Positions 52,792-64,000 of a DNA stretch of 64,000 nucleotides are shown piece by piece. The stretch covers positions 4,712,001 through 4,776,000 of the forward strand of contig CM035361.1 in NCBI GenBank assembly GCA_020137815.1, written 5' to 3'. The notes beneath the pieces were generated by a model. It did not search any database. It was not told where the DNA came from and was given only the letters and a program-made list of their open reading frames with translations. The first letter of the stretch is position 1. Each line of letters begins with the position of its first letter. This DNA is from Hormiphora californensis (taxonomy: Eukaryota > Animalia > Ctenophora). The position numbers were made by a program, and so were the translations under genes.

Positions 52792-55700
52792 GTTTCACTT
52801 TTAACTTTACTTTCACTTCAGATGGTAGAATATTACCTAAACTTAGCTTATAATCTTATCCTAAATACCAACTCCCTCTTACTCCCATTCTAACTCCCTC
52901 TTACTCCCATTCTAACTCCCTCTTACTCCCATTTTACTCCCTCTCACTCCATTCTAACTCCCTCTTACTCCATTCTAACTCCCTCTTACTCCCATTTTAC
53001 TCCCTCTTACTCCATTCTAACTCCCTCTTACTCCATTTTCAGGTACACAGGGGCACAGCAGAGTTGATATGTAACATGTGTAGTGAGAACGGGGGGCTGT
53101 TTATTAAAGTCGGACAGCACATAGGAGCACTTGATTACCTGCTACCCAAGGAATACGTACAAACTTTCAAGGTACAATTTTATTCTTTTTTTAATTTTAA
53201 TAAATTATTATTAAAATAAATGCAGAAAAGCAAGCAGCACATGTCCGATTGTTAACTTGATGTAACCTCACAGTGTAACGGCACCATGATGTAACCTCAT
53301 AGTGTAACCATTTATGTGTAACTAACATCCTCAGATTCTCGTTGGTTCCACTGTTCACACCAACACAGCTGGTGTGAACAATGGAACCACCAGTCTCTAC
53401 CACCCTCCTCAGATTCTACACAATGGGGCACCCCAAACCCCCAATGTAACCTCACAGTGTGACATCACCAATTGTAACCATGGTAACCACTAACCTCCTC
53501 AGATTCTACACAACGTGGCACCCCAAACCCCCAATGTAACCTCACAGTGTGACAATGAGGCCCCCCAAACTCCCAATGTAACCTCACAGTGTGACGTCAC
53601 CAATTGTAACCATGGTAACCACTAACCTCCTCAGATTCTACACAATGAGGCACCCCAAACACCAAATGTAACCTCACAGTGTGACATCACCAATTGTAAC
53701 CATGGTAACCACTAACCTCCTCAGATTCTACACAATGAGGCCCCCCCAAACTCCCAATGTAACCTCACAGTGTGACGTCACCAATTGTAACCATGGTAAC
53801 CACTAACCTCCTCAGATTCTACACAACGGGGCACCCCAAACCCCCAATGTAACCTCACAATGTGACGTCACCAATTGTAACCATGGTAACCACTAACCTC
53901 CTCAGATTCTACACAACGGGGCACCCCAATTCCCAATGTAACCTCACAGTGTGACGTCACCAATTGTAACCATGGTAACCACTAACCTCCTCAGATTCTA
54001 CACAATGAGGCCCCCCAAACACCAAATGTAACCTCACAGTGTGACGTCACAAATTGTAACCATGGTAACCACTAACCTCCTCAGATTCTACACAATGAGG
54101 CCCCCCAAACACCAAATGTAACCTCACAGTGTGACGTCACAAATTGTAACCATGGTAACCACTAACCTCCTCAGATTCTACACAATGAGGCCCCCCAAAC
54201 ACCAAATGTAACCTCACAGTGTGACGTCACAAATTGTAACCATGGTAACCACTAACCTCCTCAGATTCTACACAATGAGGCACCCCAAACCCCCAATGTA
54301 ACCTCACCGTGTGACGTCACCAATTGTAACCATGGTAACCACTAACCTCCTCAGATTCTACACAATGAGGCCCCCCAAACACCAAATGTAACCTCACAGT
54401 GTGACGTCACAAATTGTAACCATGGTAACCACTAACCTCCTCAGATTCTACACAATGAGGCACCCCAAACCCCAAATGTAACCTCACAGTGTGATGTCAC
54501 CAATTGTAACCATGGTAACCACTAACCTCCTCAGATTCTACACAATGAGGCACCCCAAACCCCAAATGTAACCTCACAGTGTGACGTCACCAATTGTAAC
54601 CATGGTAACCACTAACCTCCTCAGATTCTACACAACGGGGCACCCCAATTCCCAATGTAACCTCACAGTGTGACGTCACCAATTGTAACCATGGTAACCA
54701 CTAACCTCCTCAGATTCTACACGACGTGGCACCCCAAACCCCAAATGTAACCTCACAGTGTGACGTCACCAATTGTAACCATGGTAACCACTAACCTCCT
54801 CAGATTCTACACGACGTGGCACCCCAAACACCAAATGTAACCTCACAGTGTGACGTCACCAATTGTAACCATGGTAACCACTAACCTCCTCAGATTCTAC
54901 ACGACGTGGCACCCCAAACCCCAAATGTAACCTCACAGTGTGACGTCACCAATTGTAACCATGGTAACCACTAACCTCCTCAGATTCTACACAACGTGGC
55001 ACCCCAAACCCCAAATGTAACCTCACAGTGTGACGTCACCAATTGTAACCATGGTAACCACTAACCTCCTCAGATTCTACACAACGGGGCACCCCAATTC
55101 CCAATGTAACCTCACAGTGTGACGTCACCAATTGTAACCATGGTAACCACTAACCTCCTCAGATTCTACACAATGAGGCCCCCCAAACACCAAATGTAAC
55201 CTCACAGTGTGACGTCACAAATTGTAACCATGGTAACCACTAACCTCCTCAGATTCTACACAATGAGGCCCCCCAAACACCAAATGTAACCTCACAGTGT
55301 GACGTCACAAATTGTAACCATGGTAACCACTAACCTCCTCAGATTCTACACAATGAGGCCCCCCAAACACCAAATGTAACCTCACAGTGTGACGTCACAA
55401 ATTGTAACCATGGTAACCACTAACCTCCTCAGATTCTACACAACGGGGCACACCAAACACCAAATGTAACCTCACAGTGTGACGTCACCAATTGTAACCA
55501 TGGTAACCGCTAACCTCCTCAGATTCTACACAATGAGGCCCCCCAAACCCCCAATGTAACCTCACAGTGTGACGTCACCAATTGTAACCATGGTAACCAC
55601 TAACCTCCTCAGATTCTACACAACGGGGCACACCAAACACCAAATGTAACCTCACAGTGTGACGTCACCAATTGTAACCATGGTAACCACTAACCTCCTC

Positions 55701-58700
55701 AGATTCTACACAATGAGGCACCCCAAACTCCCATGGTGGATGTCAAAAGAGTGCTGCGAGACGAACTGGGTCAAGAATGCGAGGAGGTTTTCTCTAGTTT
55801 TGATACACAGCCTCTCGGATCCGCTAGTTTGGCACAGGTACTGCATGGTTACAGTCAGATCCCAAATTACCGGTACCTGATTTACCGCGGGACCCCCCGG
55901 TGATCCCTTTAAATCGGGATCCGACTGTACAACAAAGTAAAAAACTTGTTTTTTGGTATTTCATACACTTAGATTACACAGCCGCACAGTTCTATCTAGC
56001 CCACACAGTTATCTAACTATATCTAATGCAAATTTGCACGGAAATGTGACACCCTATCGTCAATGTGACGACGTGATCCGTCAATGTGACGACGTGATCC
56101 GTCAATGTGACGACGTGATCCGTCAATGTGACGACGTGATCCGTCAATGTGTCGATGTGATTCGTAGGTATCACGTATCACAAGTGCTTCAGAACTGCTT
56201 GCGAATTAGAGGGGTCACATCACATACATAAAAGGGAGAGAAAGAGAGAAAGTAAAAGAGAGGGATCACATCACAAGGTAGCTCTCTTAGCTACCTGGTC
56301 TATCACTGTATGGCGGCGCCCATACACCAATTTGATTCTCAGTGCGCTCAGATGGGGTCGGCGGCGCCAGACAGGTCTATCACCAGGACTTTCTGGGGGA
56401 GAGAGACAAAGAAAGAGACAGAAAGAGAGACAGAGAGATACATAGCGACAGACAGACAGGCAGGCAGAGAGAGAAAGAGAGAAAAGGATAGAAATAGGTC
56501 CCTCGATTTGCGATCGGTACGATCGCCCCAGTTTTGCACAATCCTCTAGCCCATTTCTACCTAACTAAATCCCTTCAGGTCCACCGAGCGGTTCTAAAAA
56601 GCAGTGGCAAGGAAGTGGCGGTTAAAGTTCAACATGCGGCCGTACAGGAACACTCCAAAGTCGATACTATCACCATTGAGGTTGGTGTTAGTTTAGCAGG
56701 AACCGACCGAATCAGGAAATACTGGTCCCTGATTGGCTGATAACCAGTCACGTGACCTAAATAACGAGTTCTGATTGGTTGTTTACTTATTTCGGTCGGT
56801 TCCTGGTGTTAGTTTAGTGAAGAGTTTCAAACCAATATGCATAGTAGGAGATAGGAGGAGTGAAAAGTTTATTTAAAGTTTAGTAGAAGTTTAAAACTGA
56901 TACTTATTTGATAGTAGGGGACTCTATCTTTCTCGCTTTTTAACCATGCATATGTTATAGAAAAGAGGAGGTTTGAATTATAATTGCGATTATTCCTAAC
57001 ATGTACATTTGTCTTTTCAGTTTCTAGCCAAGTGTATCGACAAGATATTTCCCGAGTTCCAATTTGATTGGTTAATTGATGCAATTAAAAGGAATTTACC
57101 AAAGGAGTTGGACTTTGTGCAAGAAGCCCAGAACGCTGAACATCTCTCACGTTTATTTACTGATACACCCTTCCTAAAGGTTGGAGATTGTTTTTTATTG
57201 CAAATTTTGATCGTGTTTTTTAGCCCCCCCCCCCCCCCCCCTCCCCGTTTTTTACCAGTTTACCTATTTTCAATGATCTAGCTGCAATGAAAGCTCACGA
57301 AAGTCGAAACAACTTTGTAACGATTTTCTATTTTTTTTAGGTCCCCAAGATTCACTGGGCGTATACTTCTAGACGTGTCCTAACAATGGAATACTGCAAA
57401 GGTGAGAAATATAGATATGGTTTTTTTTTCTACGTGGTCGAATAGATTATCCCTTCCTTGATTGATTTATTACACAATCATCTTCGAATCTATACCCCCT
57501 CTCTCTCTCATTAAATTTTATGTCGCTATATCTTAAGAGGTACACGTATTATATTATTGCTTCATTTCTCTGTCTGTATTGGTGTGCGAGATTTTGTTGC
57601 ATAATACCAGTCATGTGAGAGAGAAAGTGTGTGACAAGTCTTTGTGTGCCACTTATTCAGAGTTGTTTAACGTAACGCGCGGTGTTGGTTTGGTGACTTG
57701 TGAGCAGTGTAGGGTTTGCGCTAAGAGTGCGCGCGGTGAGGGACGTTTTTGGTTGGTCGCGATGATGATACATTTCCGTGTATCATGTACATTTTCTATT
57801 TAAACCATGACTAGGATATAGGATATTTGTGTATTTGACTCGATTCCCCGAATCCGAACGACTGCTGTTCGAATTTTCTCCGGCCTCTCTTGCCTTGTTC
57901 GGCCCTCAGTGTTGCCTAGCTCGACCCCCTTATCGCAAGGTCTGAAGGAGGGTTAGAACTTAGAACATAACAATCTGAGGGTAGTACCCTCTCTAACAAA
58001 CACTACAAACCCTTCCCTGCAGGTTCCCTGAATCTCAATTGTATCTGATTCAAACCTCCCCTTCCCTCCCTCTATCAAGCAAAACAAACCCCTCCCAATT
58101 GCACCTCACTCAACCCCCTTCCCTTAACTTTCTAGGGTCCCTTAACCGGTCGGGCTTCTTCTCACCTGCCCTTCCTTTGTCAGGCGGAATGGTGGACGAT
58201 CTGGAATATCACAAGAGAAACAACATTGATACAAATAAAGTTCTGAGCTACATTTCGAAAGTGTTCAGTCAAATGGTTTTCATTCGAGGGTACGTTGCTA
58301 ATTTCCTCTTTCTGTTTCAGGGTTATTTTGGAATTAATTATACAATCTTTGATTCCCCTCCAGATATATATCTAACAACCCCCCCCCCCCTCCCTCCCAG
58401 TGTCCCAGTCCGCAGATATATATCTAACACCCCCCCCCCTCCAGATATATTCACTGCACCCTCTCCACCCCTCCAGATATTAGATATATATCTAACACCC
58501 CCCCCCCCCCCCTCCAGATATATTCACTGCACCCTCTCCACCCCTCCAGATATTAGATATATATCTAACAGACCCCCCCTCCCAGTGTCCCAGTCCGCAG
58601 TTATATATCTAACAGCCCCCCCCCCCTCCAGATATATTCACTGCGACCCTCTCCACCCCTCCAGATATTAGATATATATCTAACACCCCCCCCCCTCCAG

Positions 58701-61190
58701 ATATATTCACTGCACCCTCTCCACCCCTCCAGATATTAGATATATATCTAACACCCCCCCCCCCCCTCCAGATATATTCACTGCACCCTCTCCACCCCTC
58801 CAGATATTAGATATATATCTAACACCCCCCCCCCCTCCAGATATATTCACTGCACCCTCTCCACCCCTCCAGATATTAGATATATATCTAACAGCCCCCC
58901 CCCCCCCCCCCCCCCAGATATTAGATATATATCTAACACCCCCCCCCCTCCCAGATATATTCACTGCACCCTCTCCACCCCTCCCAGTCCCCAGATATAT
59001 ATCTAACACCCCCCCCCCCCCCAGATATATATCTAACAGACCCCCCCCCTCCCCTCCAGATATATATCTAACACCCCCCCCCCCCCCCCAGATATATATC
59101 TAACACCCCCTCCCCCCCCCAGATATATTCACTGCGACCCTCCCCCCCTCCAGATATTAGATATATATATCTAACACACCCCCCCCCCCCCCCTCCTCCC
59201 CAGATATATATCTAACAGACACCCCCCCCTCCCCTCCTCCCCAGATATATTCACTGCAACCCTCTCCCATCCACTCTTCCTCCCTAGATATATTCACTGC
59301 GACCCTCTCCCCCCCCCCCCCCCCCAGATATATTCACTGCAACCCTCTCTCCCCCCCCCCAGATATATTCACTGCGACCCTCTCCCCCCCCCCCCCCCAG
59401 ATATATTCACTGCAACCCTCTCTCCCCCCCCCCAGATATATTCACTGCGACCCGCATCCTGGGAATGTGATGGTTGAGAAAACAGAGGATGGTCGTACCA
59501 TGTTGGTTCTACTAGATCATGGCCTTTACCAAACTCTCACGGACGATTTTAGGATCAACTACTGCAAATTATGGCAGGTTTGTCTTAATTAGAAGACATA
59601 TTCTTGCCTTGCTACAAATGTAAAGAAGGGTTAGAATATAACAAATCATATTCACTGCTTCCTTATGGTTCACCTTTGATATTGAATATAATTATTTTAA
59701 CGTTTTTTTTTCTTCAGGCTCTCCTCACAGGGAATTCTGAGAAAATTAAGAAACAGGCCCAGCGGTAAGTTGGTCCATTCCCCCCCTGTGTGACCGCTTG
59801 TGTGACCCCTTGGGCTCAAGTTTGCCATGTTTTCATCTTTCCATTTCATCCTGAGCATTGGCCTGACCCTATTCTCATTTCTTTCAAAGAGAACCGTGGT
59901 CAGAGGCTCTGTCAGACCAATGCTCTGACTCAGAGCATCGGTCAGACAGATTTTACCAATCCTATTTAATGTTTGATGTTGGTCTTTATTTCTCTCCCAT
60001 TTCACAGGCTAGGTGTTGGTGCCCATTATGGCCTGTTTGCCTGTATGGTGGCTAGTAGGACGTGGGAAGATATTACGGAGGGAGGGATAGCTGATGTTAA
60101 TTCTAACCTTGATGTGTCCAGATTACAGGTTAGTTAGAGAGTTGCAGGAACCGACCGAATCAGGAAATACTGGTCCCTGATTGGCTGATAACCAGTCACG
60201 TGACCTAAATAACGAGTTCTGATTGGTTGTTTACTTGTTTCGGTCGGTTCCTGGATTAGAGATGTACAATAAATTACAGGTAGCACTACATTTGGAAACT
60301 GTAATTCCAGGCACCATTTGCTGCAATAAACATGCTGCAACTGCTTCGTTCTATTGTCAAAATGTAGGACAAAATGAATACAGTCGGACCGGACCCCGAT
60401 ATACCGGGATCCTCGGGGGAAAGGGTTTTGCCCGGTATATCGGGGTCAAATACCGTTATTTTCCCATATCAGGGGAAGTTTATCCTCCCGGTAAATCGGG
60501 GTTCCGGTAAATCGGAGTCCGGTAAATCGGGGTCTGACTGTATTACTAAAATGATATTATCCATGTAACATCATTCTTTTTTCAGGAAAAGGCTATTAAA
60601 CAAATGCCTGAAATCTCACAAGTACTAAACTACGTTCCTCGGCAACTGCTGCTAATTCTAAAGACTAACGATCTCTTGAGAGGCATTGAATGTAAGTTTT
60701 TTACATAGCGTTCCATATCCAAAACAACCTATACAAGAGATTCCATTTGAATCCTCATTCCCGATCTATTTCATATCATTTGATTTTCAGTTTTCACAAT
60801 TGATTAGTAACCCCCTTCCTCTCTCTAAGTAACCTCCTCTCTCTCCCTAAGTAACCCCCTTCCTCTCCCTAAGTAACCCCCTTCCTCTCTCCAGGTACCC
60901 CATTCTCTCCCTAAGTAACCCCCATTCTCTCTCTCCCAGGTACACTGCTCCAACGAAACACCCAAGGAGTGGGAACATTCCTAAATATGGCACGTTACTG
61001 CCTCTCTGCTCTTACCACCCACAAGCTCAACAAGGCCCAGACACTATCAAAACAAATCGTTCTCTATTGTGCTTATGCGGTGGCTCTGATTAGACTAAAG
61101 TTTTTCAAGATGATATATTGGTTTAGTCTGACGCCGCCCGGTGCAAAGTTACAACGTTACCTGCCCTCACAGATTAACTTTAGTATTTGA
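51722..61190 (+). CDS. ADCK1: AarF domain-containing kinase 1 (ABC1/UbiB atypical kinase), 14 exons
   Basis: Exons 51722-51769, 52186-52309, 52668-52747, 53043-53171, 55703-55837, 56579-56680, 57021-57179, 57341-57401, 58184-58289, 59436-59577, 59718-59764, 60008-60128, 60586-60691, 60940-61190. Motifs FIKVGQHIGALDYLLPKEY, PLGSASLAQVH, VAVKVQH, ELDF, IHCDPHPGN, LLDHGLY, LILKTNDLLRGIE. Confidence 0.95.
53320..55730 (+). repeat. 90-bp tandem array (~25 copies) containing branch point, acceptor and ADCK1 exon-5 start
   Basis: Unit ...GTAACCATGGTAACCACTAACCTCCTCAG|ATTCTACACAATGAGGCACCCCAAAC...; the last copy continues as the real exon. Confidence 0.97.
56057..56165. repeat. 21-bp minisatellite (CCGTCAATGTGACGACGTGAT)
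   Basis: About 5 copies. Confidence 0.92.
56697..56805. mobile_element. hAT-type MITE, 16 nt after an ADCK1 donor
   Basis: Both TIRs; flanking duplication gtgttagtttag. Confidence 0.92.
58355..59452 (+). repeat. Irregular C-rich tandem array repeating the acceptor and start (YIHC) of the ADCK1 catalytic-loop exon
   Basis: Many copies of ccccCAG|ATATATTCACTGC(G/A)ACCC; the last copy (59435) reads YIHCDPHPGN. Confidence 0.93.
60145..60253. mobile_element. hAT-type MITE, 16 nt after an ADCK1 donor
   Basis: Both TIRs present. Confidence 0.92.
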
Positions 61191-61476
61191 TTGTTGAATA
61201 TATATTGTGCAGTTTATATACGGGGTGGGCCACGGATTGTTGTGTTGTGCAGTTTATACAGGGTGTGATGTGTAGTGTATAACAAGAGAGATATTGAGTA
61301 TTTTAAAAACTGGCCCGATTTATTTGTCCCCAGATATGCAGTAGAGATGAATTGAGCTCGTGTGATGTATTTCAGTGGGGATATAGTTATATCGGAATAG
61401 TAAAATGATAATTATGAAAATATGGGATTCTGTGTAAGAGACTAAGTTTGGTTGTTTTTTATGGTATAGTGCTACC

Positions 61477-61581
61477 TAGGAACCGAATCAGGAAATACTG
61501 GTCCCTGATTGGCTAATAACCAGTCACGTGACCTAAATAACGAGTTCTGATTGGTTGTTTACTTAATTCGGTCGGTTCCTG
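61477..61581. mobile_element. hAT-type MITE, TSD gtgctacc
   Basis: Perfect 8-bp TSD. Confidence 0.9.
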
Positions 61582-62895
61582 GTGCTACCCTACTGTTGCA
61601 TTGCACAGCTAGGCCGTACACCCTTGTTCCATGGGCAGAATTCGGCGAAATATTCGGTGCAAAGGCCGAGGAGAGAGATAAAAATATAATGTGAACCACC
61701 ATTTATACTGCTGTTTATATTTTCTGTGTTGCCAGTACAATTATACTGCTAGTCTTTGGGCTGCCTGACCCAGTTTTGATGCGACAGTGCGCTCAGATCG
61801 GGTTGGCGCCGCCATACAACCTTTGAGAGGATTGTACATGAAGTCGTGGAATATTGCTAGAAAATATGTAAACGTTTTGTTTAGTTATTTGAGCCGGGTT
61901 CAAAGTAGAAAAAGGGGCTGCAAATCAACTTGGGTTAAAATGTGTGTATATTGAAACTGCTGTAAACATGCCGTAATGATTTTTCCAAAAAATTTATTTG
62001 TTTTCGGTCTTCTTTTCTAGTGGTGCTCCATCATATTGGTCCGCCGCCCAAAGTGTTGTCAACGACGTCCAAGATGCATGAAAAAGCATGTCAACAGTCG
62101 GACCCCGATTTACCGGTATAGGAAATTAACAGTATTTTACCGCGATATACCGGGCACCCCGATTTACCGGGCAAAATCCTTTCCCCCGAGCATCCCGGTA
62201 AATCGGGGTCCGACTGTACGTACAACTACAAAAAGTAGGAGCACCACTGTAACAGCAAAAAGGTGTACTGTGGTTAATTGTTGTCTCCGGACCGCGATGT
62301 TACAGCAGTCAGTGCCTGCGACAATGTGGTTCAAATCAAAATCAGTGCCTGACAAAATGATAGGGTGAGCGCTCGCGCTCAGCGCACCCATAGTTACACC
62401 ACGTGTCTGGTTGCACACTCAAAATTGGGATAAACAAGTGAAGGTTGCACACTCACATGGCCGTACGATCGACATCCGAACCGAGGTGCAACCCTGATGA
62501 AATTTCGGAATTGGTAGAGGACCGAATTGTAGTCCTCCGGTAGAGGTACAGTCGGACCCCGATTTAGGGACACCCTCGGGGGAAGGCTCTTGTCCACTAA
62601 ATCGGGGTGTCCACTAAATCGGGGTCAAATAATGTTAATTTCCTATATCGGGGGAAAAAATCCTGTCCCTAAATCGGGGTCCAACTGTATCTTGGTCTCT
62701 ATTTTAATTTTATACTGGAAATCCCGAATAGAAACAAACCTTGTGTTTTACTACGTTCCTTGTGAATGTACTTCTGTAACAATTGTAATTGTACGGCCTA
62801 ATTGGTATACCAATTTAATTGTTTGAAGGGAAATGGGGAAGTAATTGGTGACTTGGTGACATAGACACCGTGCGCGACCAAGATTGAGCTCACAC

Positions 62896-63459
62896 AGGTG
62901 TCTGCTCCGCCTCAAAAAGGGTCGTTTCTTTCAAGGGATGTTGCACGCGATCCACTGGACCGATTTGCATCCGGTTTGTCGCAAAAGACTACAAATGATC
63001 CTAATATACTGGAAAATACCCGAGAAATTTGTCTGTCAACAGGAAGTGGGTCAAAATTGACACTGAAGTCAAACCTATAATCTGGCTTCCGAGAGTTTCT
63101 GCACTACGCCCATGCGATTTAGAAGATATTGGGAGATATGTTGATGCAATTAGCATCAGCTATTAATGCCGGGTATTTTCCAGTACTCACAAGAGTTCAA
63201 CCTATCTTCTGATACCCTCAGATTCATTCTACACCGTCCGGGAGTGGTGCAAAAAGGCTCGGAAGCCAGATTATAGATTTGACTTCAGTGTCAATTTTGA
63301 CCCACTTCCTGTTGACAGACAAACTTCTCGGGTATTTTCCAGTAAACTAGGACCAACTTGTAGTCTTTTGCGACAAACTGGATGCAAATCGGTCCAGTGG
63401 ATCACGTGCAATTTGGCTTGAAAGACAAGACTCTTTTTTAGGGGGCGGAGCGGACACCT
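62896..63459. mobile_element. Foldback MITE with ~200-bp TIRs, nested in a TTGGTGACATAG-family element
   Basis: 62896-63093 is the reverse complement of 63258-63459. The flank ttggtgacatagacaccgtgcgcgaccaagattgagctcacaca also occurs at ~13713-13775. Confidence 0.82.
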
Positions 63460-64000
63460 ATGCTATGTGCGAGCTCGATCTCGGTCGCTGCGCGACCTCG
63501 AACTCGCACGCACTAGGTGTCAATGTCACCAAATTGGTGACATAGAACACCTGGGCACCTGGCGCGTCGGCGCGACCCCCCGCACTGCGGCGGGTCGCGC
63601 CACCTATGTCACCAACTGTATGGCGCTCAGATGGGTCGCGGCGCCAGACAGGTCACCAAGGGTAATTGGTCCAAGTACTTACTACTTCCCCATTTCCCTT
63701 CAAACATTAGAACTAGAAGTCAGGTAATTTTAGCTTCCCATTTGCATTATATGGGTGAAAATAAATAATCCAAACTTAATTAATAATACAATCATGAAAA
63801 TCTTTATTCGCAAATCGCAGAAACTTCGAGAAAGAAAAAGAATCTGATAGACGGAAATTAAGCCACACGAACATCAAAATATACATTAATAATAAACGTG
63901 ATCGTGGCTTTGCATCTGTGAATGTCAATAATTAACTATGCCAATTAAATAATTAACTTCAAATATCAGCTCTCAGACACAATGTCCCTTTCCAAAGATT

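Noticed and set aside
53320-55730. CRISPR-like appearance of the regular arrays (also 39478-40360 and 5868-6600)
   Set aside because: No unique spacers, no cas genes, eukaryotic intronic context; these are tandem repeats.
58039-58671. 210-aa Pro-rich ORF
   Set aside because: One ADCK1 exon plus read-through into intronic C-rich repeats.

Overview
Eukaryotic (animal) genomic DNA with GT-AG introns, many (GA/TC)n microsatellites, MITEs and two 100-N gaps. The repeat landscape resembles my recollection of ctenophore (Pleurobrachia-type) assemblies; this is not verified. Genes reconstructed by hand: a large GPDG-repeat exon running off the window start; a secreted four-domain F-type lectin; a disrupted N-myristoylated/glycine-zipper gene; an intronless class A GPCR pseudogene hit by two transposons; a 10-exon secreted NTR/NtA-TSP1-cystine-knot (CCN-like) gene; RPB5; glutaminyl cyclase, which hosts a foldback element, a nested antisense lectin-like gene and a 3.6-kb mini-Polinton/Maverick; and ADCK1. 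Most unusual features: (1) intronic tandem arrays whose unit straddles the real splice site, giving up to ~25 decoy acceptors or donors per intron; (2) an RFX X-box-like palindrome, GTWRCCATGGYAAC, recurring at intron ends; (3) transposons of several superfamilies sitting 14-20 nt after 5' splice sites; (4) a deleted Polinton that keeps an F-box-like gene and telomere-like motifs in its TIRs; (5) the CCN-like domain architecture. About 17-29 kb looks low quality, and homopolymer indel errors are likely throughout.
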